64,000 bases of DNA. Origin: Podarcis pityusensis. Taxonomy: Eukaryota. Of the stretch, positions 1 to 11,600 are shown piece by piece; within the stretch, counting starts at the first letter, position 1, and each line of letters opens with the position of its first letter. Both the position numbers and the translations under genes were made by a program. The notes beneath the pieces are model-generated. The model did no database searches. It worked only from the letters and a program-made list of their open reading frames with translations, and was not told where the DNA came from. The stretch lies in the NCBI GenBank assembly GCA_964106645.2, contig OZ067045.1, one strand, 5' to 3'.

Positions 1-90
1 GAGGTTTTCAACAGGAACAAATGGATTCAGGATTTAGGATTATCACTAAATAACACTTGTAGCACAGACTCATACAAAACAGGAGCTCAG

Positions 91-96
91 TTTATT
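91..96 (-). terminator. Candidate ZBTB40 polyadenylation signal AATAAA
   Basis: tttatt on + strand about 1 kb downstream of the stop codon, in AT-rich sequence. Confidence 0.55.
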
Positions 97-1135
97 CAGC
101 CAGTTTGTTAACATCATTGTTAATGTTTGCTACCTTAATATAAGTAATTTCAATACCAGTTTGTCCTCGCACAGTTGAGTACGTCAGAGCTACTGATGCA
201 TATTACAAGGTCTTGCTTGCAAGCTGTTTCTAGAAAGCTCAAAGCCATGTTTGCCAAAGGACTCCCTCATGAAGAATATATTGCAGTGCAAGGGCCAGTA
301 CTGCTGCCCGGGCCCATTTGTGACAACTGCCTTGGACCCCCCCAATCCGTTAAAAAAAAAAAAAAAAGTTCTGGTGCAAGCAGAGCAAGATGGCTGGGAC
401 AAGCTTCACACAATCCCAAGAGGGAAACAACAGGTGGGAGCCTGGAGGGAAATTTAAAGGGCACTTTGATCTAGCTTCTCAGTGGCACAGCTGCCACCAT
501 TGCCTGGTATGTCAACCAGGACCCACCAATGAATGGCCTACCAGAGGGAAGTTTATCCAGAGACCCTTCAAGCCTCGAGATGGTCCTGGATGGAGCTCAT
601 GGACTGCAGGATGGGCAGCCATGTTCTTAGGAGTAGGTTGGGTAGGGGTTCTTGTCCTCAACTACCTGCCCACATGGCAAGGCTGCCATGCTTTTGCCAT
701 CTGCTTTGCCACTCTCTATCTGGATCACCATGTTCCCCTACGCCTGCTTCCAGGAGCAGAAAAATAAACGTGGCACCCAGGCCCCTGGGCAGCCCTCACA
801 CAGCTCCCTTATTCATCTCATAAATGGCCTAGCGTACCCAAACAGAAGGGAAGGAAGCCTTTAAAAGGGCACAGCCAGGTGGAGAACAAAACCACGCAGC
901 CTCCTATGATGCCCAGAAGGGAGAGTCTGCCTTTCAATGGGTACATCTGATCCAAACCTTTCCATCATGGAATCCCTGTTTTTCTAGGATTGCTTTCATC
1001 CCTGCTGTGCCTTGCTCCATGGCAAATATTCAAGCAGGTTCCAGCCCAACAAAAACACAGGTTGGCACAGGCTATCCCTCTCCCCATCTCACATCGCCGT
1101 GACTTTTTCATCCAGGAAGTCTTCCGAATTCACCA

Positions 1136-1249
1136 TCACCAGCTGTGCTCCACTTTGGTACCTTGCACTTCTGGCAATGTCAGAAACACCTGAGCGTCAG
1201 CAAATTCCGGCTCTGCCACGGTGACCACAGGCCCAGGTGTCTGAAGCAC
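1136..1249 (-). CDS. ZBTB40: ZBTB40 terminal coding exon (VLQTPGP...QVFLTLPE...; apparent frameshift near 1154-1156)
   Basis: ttccttgtcAG|GTG CTT CAG ACA CCT. In-frame TGA at 1138-1136. The conserved tail continues in another frame to TGA at 1091-1089. Confidence 0.85.
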   Translation of the reverse strand: MLQTPGPVVTVAEPEFADAQVFLTLPEVQGTKVEHSW

Positions 1250-3245
1250 CTGACAAGGAAAGGACATGGATGTCACTGCTTCAGCTGGGCAGAAGAGTAT
1301 GCTGGACATTCACTTTGCGGGCAGGTAGCCACTCACGCTCAGCCTGGCTTTCCTCCTCACAGTATAATGGGGAGTGGGTGAAGTTGAGGCAACTCCAAGT
1401 TGGCATCAGAAGAAAAGGGGCGACACTGTTTACATCCAGACTGGGGAACTGGATCTGACCGGTTGGCAGTCAATTGGGCCCATGAACTGGAGGTTCCCCA
1501 CATCTGGCCTATATCGTAACACACCAGGAAAAACTTTGCGTGTGGGGGAAGCTGTGTTAAGAGGCTTTGTCCTTCCTGATGGGATGACACAGAACAGGGG
1601 CCCAGACGAAGGACTGGGAAGGGGTCAGCTTAACATCCCTAATGGGAAAGGTATCACTGACCTGCACTACCTGGGCCATTGGAACTTGTGAACTGGCAAC
1701 CACCATCTTTGGGTGCTCAGCACCACAGTGCTGCTCCAGCTGCTCTTGTCCAGGGAAGACCTCCTCGCAGAGTGTGCAGACCAAGGAAGGCTCCGATGGG
1801 CTGGTGTGTTTGGTGGCCAGGTGCTGCTGCAGTGCCCCCTGGAGGTGGAAAGAGGCTGAGCAGTGTGGGCAGTGGAGGGGCTGAGACCCTAAGGGAGAGA
1901 GAGAGAGAGAGACAGCGAAGTCATGAGTAGGCAGGGAAATGGGAACCTCCTGAGAGAGGGGCAACAAGGGGCAAATTAGTGGGACACTCACCTGAGTGCT
2001 GGCTTTTCTCGTGAGCCTGCAGCAAAGCGACCGAAGGGAAGAGTCTCTTGCACTTCTCACACTCATGGAATGTCACTTCTAAAGGAAAGCCATGAGACCC
2101 CCGGTAGGTAGTTTATCAAAAAGAGGGTTCAGCCACAGGCCAGATATCCACTGACCTTCATCCAGCCCCCTGCTTAGGAGAAGAGTTTGCAAAGCCTTTT
2201 TGGGTGGCTCCTCTAATGCATTCTCTTCCAACCAACACAGCCTCACAAAGAGCCACCCACCTCGGTAGAGTGGATCCCTCTTCCCCAAAACCTGGCTGTT
2301 GTGGGATCCGCCAGACTCCCTACACTTGTCCCCTCAATCCAAAACCACTGCCTAAAAATATGGGATTGGCGATATGGGATTGGGGGGGCAACTCCCATCT
2401 CTTGCGGGGGCGCAATTAGTGCCAGCACCGTCCGTTAAGAGTTTGGGTGTAATCTTCGACACCTCCCTTTCCATGGAGGTGCAGATTGCAGCTATAACAA
2501 AGGCGGCATTTTTCCATCTCCGCCAAGCTAAGCAGTTGGCTCCTTACCTCTCTCGCCCTGACCTAGCCACTATGATCCACGCGACGGTCACCTCCAGACT
2601 GGATTATTGTAACTCGCTCTACGTGGGGCTGCGCTTGAGACTGACCCAGAAACTCCAGCGGGTGCAGAATGCTGCAGCGAGACTCCTTACGAGGTCTTCG
2701 CTGCAAGATCACATTCACCCGGTGCTATACCAGCTGCACTGGGTCCCGGTGGAGTACAGGATCAGGTTTAAGATGCTGGTTTTAACCTTTAAAGCCCTAT
2801 ACGGCCTAGGACCCTCGTACCTACGGGACCGCCTCTCCTGGTATGCCCCACAGAGAAACTTACGGTCTTCAAATAAAAACATCTTGAAGGTCCCAGGCCA
2901 CAGAGAAGTTAGGCTGGCCTCAACTAGAGCCAGGGCTTTTTCGGCTGTGGCTCCGATCTGGTGGAACACTCTGTCACAAGAGACCAGGGCCCTGCAGGAC
3001 TTGACATCTTTCTGCAGGGTCTGCAAGACAGAGCTGTTCCACCAGGCCTTTGGCCAGGGCACAGCCTGACTCCCTCCCTCGGCAATCTTCGCGGAGCTCT
3101 GGCCCAATGGTTGCCAGTGGCTTGAATTCATTAATTTTATAATGAATGATTTTAGAGTGTTATTTATGCTGTACTTTTGTACTGTTTTATTGTTGTTAGC
3201 CGCCCTGAGCCCGGCTTCGGCTGGGGAGGGCGGGATATAAATAAA

Positions 3246-3281
<36 letters not shown>

Positions 3282-6200
3282 AAGTGAAGTGTGAAGACAG
3301 CATGCACCCAAACCCCACCAAACTATGGCAAGCAACGGAGGTTTTTTGGAGGTCCAACAGTTCCTAGGAAGAGTGTGGTGGATTCCATATACCTCCACAC
3401 CCCCAGAGGAAGTCTACCTCTGAACACAATGCCGGGGAGGGCAGGGACCACCCTGATTTTGACTTTGCCAGGAACAATGGCTGCCGAATGAACTGGACCT
3501 TGGTCTGATCCCACAAAGTTCACCTAACAGCCAGTGCTGAGCTGGAGGCCCCGTGCCAAATGTCAAGACCTGTCGGGCACCAAGAGCAGAAGGCACCAAG
3601 GTGGCACTTTTGCCCTCTGAGTCCTTTACCTGAATGCTCTTCCTTGGTGTGTCTCCTGTGGGCTGCAGTGCTGGGAAAGGTCTTATCGCAGGAGCTGCAC
3701 TGCAGCGAAGAGAACTTGGAGGACCGGTGGTTTTGAGCAGCAAAGATGTCCGGGTGATGAGTCCGATTGTGGTACCACAGCCCTGACAATTGCTGGAGGG
3801 AGCAAATCCATTCTGGTTATCACAACCCACAGAGGGGCTTGGGCTGCAGGTTCAAAGCCTCGACTCTGGGATTCACACTGACTATAGGGTTTCCACCCCC
3901 TCACTCCACCCCCAAGGTAGACAATGGCTTCTGTCTCCAAAGGAAACACTGCCACATCATTCCCTTGGCTGTTGCTACCCCACATGCCCCCAATTGCATT
4001 TTCTATCTATCCACAAAGGGAGGTGAATGGATGCACACAGCAGAGCCTGATCTTCAGTGGAGGCAAGTCTTTGGAAGAAGTCCAAGTAAGACTTCCCTGA
4101 TGCTCCTTCTCTGCCATCCCTGGGTGCAAAGGAGTGACCAAGTCAGAATCTGATTGCCTGTTGTAAACACAGTCTTTGGAACCAATGGGCTGGTTTTATT
4201 TGGTATTTTATTGTTACAAAGTCACCTTTGACTGATTTTTATTGTAAAACGCCTTGTGCAAAATATAGCTTTTTATCGTGTACAAAAAGACAAAATGCCC
4301 ATTTTAGAATTCAGCACTTTTGGATTCCCAGAGACTCGGGGGAAGCAATGCAAGTTGTGTCTGTGTGTGCGAGGGAGAGGTGAGACCTAAGAATGGAAAA
4401 GGGGAGGGACGGTTGTCCTGTTGGCCACTGCTTCTGCCAAAGCAGACCCACCTGATAAGCTTTGTTGCAGATCTGGCAGCTGAAAGGTTTCCCCCCGACG
4501 TGGGTGACCACGTGGCGCTCCAGCAGGGATGGTGCACTGAAAACCTTTCCACAGGTCGGGCATGGGTGGTACTCCCTAGAGTGGGCTGCATGAATGTGCT
4601 TCTGGTGCTCCTGCAGGGTGGGGAAGCTCATCTGGCACTTCTGGCAGTCATAGGGGTCGTCAACATCTGAGTCCCCATGTGGAGGGTAGGGTAGGAAGGT
4701 GGGGCCAGGATACAACGAGTTCACATGCAGAGGGTTCAGGAGGAGCAGAAGGACAAAACAAGAGCTGGTTACAATCACACAACTGTTTCCCCTCAGATTA
4801 TGACTGCCCTACCCTCAGGAGGGACTTTGCTCCCAACCAGGACCACATTCAGTCTTAGCTAGGCATCATGTCGGTGCTCCTCATGATTCCAGCCTTGCTG
4901 GCAGAGCCCAAGCCCTTGACTATACCCTGCTGTGTGGGACTTTTAGGCAGAGACACAGAAGAACAGCTGCCAGCAATAGCAGACCTCCAGCTCCTGGAAG
5001 GACAGTTGGGGTCACCCTACCTCAAGGGCTCAGCACTGCCTCCTTTTCCAAAGCAGCAACACATGCAAGAGTGTAAGCTTGAGAGCAAGAACTATCAGAT
5101 TACTCATCATTATAAAAAAAAATCTCTAAATACTAATAAACTCCTCTAGATCTCTGGCACTGGTCCAGGAAGGGGATGCCCTCACAATAAGAGGAAGAGC
5201 AGGGGGCATCCTGCAACTGCTTCCTTCCAGGGTGTGTCTGCAGCACTTTTAAGTGCATGAGCAGTAAATGGCAAAACTTACAAAGCTAGGGAGGGCGGGA
5301 AGCTGTTGCTGTCATTATTTGTTGTCATTTATTATTATGAAGCTCAAGGCACTCACTGTGAAAGGTGTGCAGGTGTATGGAGAGACCGTTGGCTTGGCGG
5401 AAGCCTTTCCCACATTCCCGGCAGACGTAGGGTTTGTCACCTGTGTGGGTGCGCACGTGGCGGGACAGCTCAATGGACTGCGCGAAGACGGCGGCACAGT
5501 ACTGGCAAGCGTACATCTTCCCTGCCAAGAGAGCCAATGCAGTGTGTTGGTATGAGGGCTAATATTATGACACTGAGCCTAAGCATGGAAGGACTGGCAT
5601 GCTAGAAGGACCATCATCAGCTTTCCAGAATACCCAAGCCGTGCCTGGTCTCACAGCAGTGTTAGAAAATCAGATATACAAGCTAGGTGCCAAATGGCTC
5701 CTTTAACCAAGGTTGCAGTTGCCAAAATGAAATGTCTAGTTGCCACTAACTGACTCTCAGTTAAACATCCAGCTAGTTCAGATGACAATCTTGAGCCAGG
5801 TTAAGAGCTTGGTGATCTTAAAGATGAAAAATCACTTGACCCAGAGACAGCCCACATATATATTGGCCTATTCTGACCTGTTTTTCTTAATGGTGACTGT
5901 TCCTGCTCAGGCTGTGCAGAAAAAGTACTTGGGTTCCTGAAATGCATTCCAATTGTGCTGATAAAATAATACCGACAGAATTCTACAGGATGGGGTATGA
6001 GTGTGTAAAAACAGTCCAGATCCAATGACCCCCAGGCATGCACCTCCAGATGGTGGTGTCAGACGCCATCCTGGCACCCAGGCATCTTCACTTGGTTGAA
6101 AGTGTTCAAAAGCCAGGTGCAAAATGTGCCTGGCTAATCTCAAACACTGTCTCAGAGTGACAGGGATCAGCTGGAAAAGACAGCAAGAGGAGCCAAAAAA

Positions 6201-8634
6201 GGTGGCTGAGGGACAGAGGGCAGCAACCCACTTTGGGGTCTTCAAAGCTGTGATGAGGTCAGTCTCTTCCCTGTGGCTGGGTAGCCCCACAAGGGAAGCA
6301 CTCATACGCCCCAACTTTCAGTACCCAGCAGCCTGTGAAGTTTGGCTCCTCCACACAGCGGGGCTCAGTGCTGCTTGCCAAGGTGCCTTTCCCTGACTCC
6401 CAGCCCTGCTGTGCAGCAGTACATCACGGCCCAACCCCTGCTCTATTGGGGAGCCTTGGCACATTTCGGCAGTGGGCTGCGTGAGATGCAGCCTCTGGGT
6501 GTGCAGGGGGAAATGACACGTGTCGGAAGGGCCCCCGGTTCTTTGCTAGCTTCCCTGACTCCTGTCAAATTGCTGCAGTCGGAGGCTGACCCGGAGGGAC
6601 GCCTGGCCTCACCTTTGGCGTGCTTCTTCTTGGTATGGTAGGCGAGAGCCGAAGCCTGGGCGAAGCTCATCAGGCAGTGCTTGCAGGCGAAGGGCTGGTC
6701 ACCCGTGTGCAGGCGCTGGTGGTTCTTGAGCGTGGAGTTGGCCGCAAACTTGGCGCCACACTCTTCGCAGGAAAAGGGCTTCTCGTCAAAGTGCTCCGTC
6801 AGTTTGTGGTACTGCATCCCTGAGGGGAGGCGGGGAGGGAGAAGGAAACAGCAGCAGGTGAGGCAGGAAGCCTTCAGCTCCCCAGCACACTATGTGCAGC
6901 CTTTTCAGATCAGCTTCTCGAGGGACACAGAGCTGCTCACCACTGCCTGCTCAAACTGGGCCCGGGCTGCAGCGGAGGGGATTCACGCTGGGAAAAGTCC
7001 CTGCTGTGGGAAGGGCCCTCTCTCAAGCTTTTCTTGGGCATGGTAAGGAAGTGGCATTCACTCGCACAGCCCTCGCAATGTGCCCAGAGAAAGTCATCTA
7101 GACTGGGCTAAGCAGAGTGGGAGGAGCAAGGCTTCTTCTCCAGCCTCAAGGCTTTGAACTGGGCTGCCAAGCCTGCTCCCTCTGCCTCAGCCAGGCTCAG
7201 CAGGCATCTGGATCTAGAGCAGGGTTTCTCAAACTTGGGTCGCCACCTGCTTTTGGATACAATTTCCATCATTCCTGGCCACTGGTCCAGATAGCTAGGG
7301 ATGATGGGAGTCCAAAAACAGCTGGAGACCCAAGTTTGAGAAACCCCAATCTAGAGGATGACTGGACCTCTGGGGTTTCACTTCTGAATGCAAAGGGGGC
7401 CTGACTGTAAATGAAGAGATAAAAGGGAAGCCTGCAACTCCCAGGAGCCCTGCGGCTGGCCATACCTGATGTGTGTGCAAACTCCCGCCCACAAATGTCG
7501 CAGGCCACGGGGAGGCGGGGCTTCTTGGGCTTCTTCTTCCGGAGGGAGGAGCCTAGCTTGCCGTGAGCCTCCGCCTGGTGCTTCTCCAGCTCTGCCTTGG
7601 AGGCCTTTGCCTCGCCACACTCTGGGCATTGCGCCGGTTTCTGGTGGGCCACCCGGCAGCGCTTCTCGTGTACCTTCAGGCGGCAGTAGAAGCGAAAGCT
7701 CTTCCCGCAGGCCTTGCAGGCAAAGCTCTTTGGGGAGGCAGCCCCCCTGGGGGCCTCTGGGCTTCGGCCCCCCTTTGGCTCCGCTTTGCCCACCGCTTCA
7801 ACCTGAGACATGCTGTTCACCTTCCATTTCCAGACACTGGCCTTCCCTCCGTCGACAGCTGTCAAGAGCCCTGTGGAAGAACAAAAGGAAACAGTCGTTC
7901 TGAGGCATGTGGACTGTGGCTTCAGGGCCATCAGCAGGAGCCAAAAATATCTGTAGAACAATATGCTGAGCACAGCTTCCAGAGAACCTTTGTAAGGGTC
8001 AAGTTTCTAGCTTCTAGCTTACTAGTTTCTAGTAAGTGCTTCCAAGCATCAGGACAGTTCCAGACCATTCCCAGGAGTGGTCAGCAGTAGCAACTGCTTC
8101 AGCTTCTTATCTACCCCCTTGCCAAGCAAAACTTACACCAACTGTGTAAAGCAATAGGAATTCTGAAGCGCACTTGAACGGGTGCAACATATGCAGGTCA
8201 CATGGCTTTAATCTTTGTAGCACCTGAAGTAAAAACCTTGTACCACTTCCCTAAAGCTACTTGGAAAGTGCAAGAGAGGCTGGGCAACGAGGATCAACTA
8301 CTCAAGGTCAGGCGGCTTGAAAGGAAGGAGAAGTCCTGCAAGGACATGCCTGCACCTGAGGGGGACACCACTCTTCCCATGCACTGAACAGCTCAGCAAC
8401 AGCACAAATGGGTTTCTGCTACAAGGGTCTATATTTTGCATTGTCTTACTTTTGTTTTCGGTGTATCTGTTGTTTTTTAAAAAACTTTTCTTGTTTTTCC
8501 TGTACATTGTCTTCAGATGATTGTGTAGAAATTGATTGATAATAATACTTAAAAACCTAAAAAATTATTCTACCTTTAATTAAGCAAGTTTCTAGGCCTT
8601 ACGTGTGCAAGGGGGGTGTCTGGTGGAATCTCTC

Positions 8635-8672
<38 letters not shown>

Positions 8673-11600
8673 TTATTATTTATACCCCACCCATCTGGCT
8701 GGGTTTCCCCAGCCACTCTGGGCGGCTCCCAACAGAATATTAAAAACACGATAAAACACCAGACATTAAAAACTTCCCTAAACAGGGCCGCCTTCAGGGG
8801 ACTGAGCAGGGTTTTCAGGGTTAGAGAATGCTTCCATGGACTGCATCACTCTCTTCTCCTCCCCACGGCAGTAGAAGAAAGTAGAAGAAACCAGGCAAAA
8901 TCAGCTGCCATGTGAAAGTGTCTTCCACACTTTCCTCTGGCTGCTCCCCCCTACTGGACCCTTCTACAACAACCAGGTTCCTCATGCAACAACCCAAGAC
9001 CGTAGGCCTTTGAGTGCTACCTCTACTCTGCAATGAAAGGCTTCTTCTGCTTCCGTTTGCTCCAGCATCTCAGCAGCCCCCTGAAAGAAGCTGGGAGTGA
9101 CTCTGGGCAGCATTCAGCCTCCTGGCTGTGGATTCCTGAACTGACGCACAGCGGGAGTCGCTTTGCAGTGAGCTGCTCCCCCCACTCTCCCTTTGCCTCA
9201 AGTTCTGCCAAATTGACCACAAAACAATGCACCTCTCAAGCATGCACACAGAGGTGTATGTTGCCAATTGCAGGCTGGGGCTGGGCGTGTCCCCCACCAC
9301 GTGCCTAGAGAGTGGCATATACAAGGCAGAAAGATTCTCACCAGCTTGCTGTAGTTCCTGCATCACTGTCTGCAGGCCTGGGAATGACTCCTGAATGCTG
9401 CAGAGGAGCTGGCAGATCTGGGTGGCAGGAAGTGGCTTGTTGTTCCAGGCACTGCTCAGAGCTGCCCTCCAGGAGGTCGCAGGGGCCACCTCCTGCAGGC
9501 AAGTGCTCACCAGCTGGGAAAAGCCACAGAAGAAACACACAATGAAGAGAGTCCCCCTACCCTGCTGCATAGCAGGATTATTTGACCTCTCCACTGGGTG
9601 CCTGAGCAGGTGCAGATGCTCCCCATGTGTGGCACGGGGGACTAGATCAACCCAGAAGGTCCAGTGAGTTCAGCCACATGCCTCTGGGAGCTGCCAAGCA
9701 GGGACAGAAAAGACAGCAGCCCTGCCCTGTCGAACTGCAGTCGTTTATTGACTCCTAAACATGCCCTGAGAGCCTATAGGGCAAGGGATGGTTTTCATGT
9801 GTAGATAATAAATAAATAACCAAAATGAAATGCAACATAGAAGCTCTGTTGAGCTACAGTGGTGGAGGGCTGTTGATGATCAACTTCCTCCCTGAATGCG
9901 TCCATTTGTATTTTGTGGCAATGAATCACATAAGCTAATAATGCATTTGATAAAGCAGCACCACCTCCTTCCCAGTCATCGGGGGTGATGTTGCGATGGG
10001 GTGACGACCAAGTGGTGAAGCACACATTCACCTGGCCATCCACCCAGCAGACATCCTGCTACAGACTTAGCACACCTGAGATATACACACCTGGCATCCA
10101 GGGACAGCATCCTGAACCTCCTTGGCTGGTTTGGCCAGATCTGCTTCTACTGGTGGCAACTCCTCTTCTAGATCAGCTCCCTGCTGGAGGGCCTCGGATA
10201 TCAGCTTGCGATGCCTCAGTAATATTTCTGTGGCAATGCTGTCACTAGAGCCAACTATGGAAACGGGCAGGGTGGGGTGTCAAATTACCAACTAGAGGGC
10301 TACTGCAGAGCCTCAGCTTCCCAACAGTCATGCCATTTCCCTGCCCCAATATGTGCTCCCCATTGTGAGAAATCTTCAAACTGTCTCTTGGAGCCTGGAT
10401 AACCCAGATGGGATGGTTTCAAGTCTAGACTAGAGGACATGTAGGAACAGGCCATCCTGAGCAAGCAAGGAGACCAGCCGTACGCAGAAAGAGTCTATGT
10501 TGTGGGTGAAGACTCTCCTGCATGTCACAAAGACCATCTGAGGCCTCGTTGGACAAGGTGGGGGGTGGGCACCCTCTGTTCCATGATCCTGAGCGAGAGC
10601 TCAGTTGGGGCCATAGCCTGCAAAGCCTTTTCTGAACACCCACCGCCGCCAAATTGTCACCCCAAGGATACCTGTGCTGTCAGAACCAACTGCTGCAGCC
10701 ACCCAACGGTCCAGTAGGAGACCCAGGCCAGGGAAAGGAGCTTTCAGGGCCCCGAGAAACTTTGACAGGGCCTCTGGGCTCAGGATCTTCTCCTCCTTGA
10801 ACAGATTCTCTGCAGCGTCCCTGGGTGAGCTGCCCTCAGAGCAGTCCATGGCAACCTGCAAGGACAATTACACAGCTAAGCAGGAGATGCTGAGAAACGT
10901 AGCAAACGCACATGCAATACTCCCCCGCCCCCAAACACACATTAATGCAGTTTGCAGTAGCTGAAATTTTGAGACACATACACTATTTCAAGTATGTTTC
11001 AGAAATCTAACCTGGCATGTTTGGCAGTGACAGGATCTGTGCATTCCAGGAAATATTTCAGTTGGGCATCAATTCTGTGCAAAGGCACCACAGATGCTTA
11101 ATAGCTATCAAGAGCAATGCAAACTGGGAAAACCTGGCCCTAACTTATCTGTTTAATTCATTTATATACCACCTATTAGGGTACAAACTCTTGCAAGGTA
11201 TCTTACAAAAGATATATAAATGTAATATATGATAAACATTAAAAAAAGACAAACTGATTTAAAATAACTGACGGAAGCAGCAGCTAATGCATGAATCCAG
11301 CTTAAGACCTTGAGATAATGTAGTCCCAACTCCCTTCCAATGCAGGAATATGCAGCTGTCCCAAACAGGGATCGAACCTGCAACCTTCGTGTTATCAGCA
11401 CCATGCTCTAACTAACTGAGCTATCCATCATGAAGTGAACTGGGCAACTCTGCCTACCTCCTTGACATAGAATTAAGTACTAGGCCAAATTTCTTGGCAG
11501 AAAGGAAGGAGGCATTAGTGGGAGAGGGAAGGGTGATGTGGGTAAGAAGGGAGTGGCAAAAAGACAGGGGCATGCCCCTGCCTTCCCCTTTTTCCAGTTT

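Noticed and set aside
2715-3398. 227-aa - strand ORF with poly-Ile
   Set aside because: Antisense reading of the L2 element and its ATT microsatellite.
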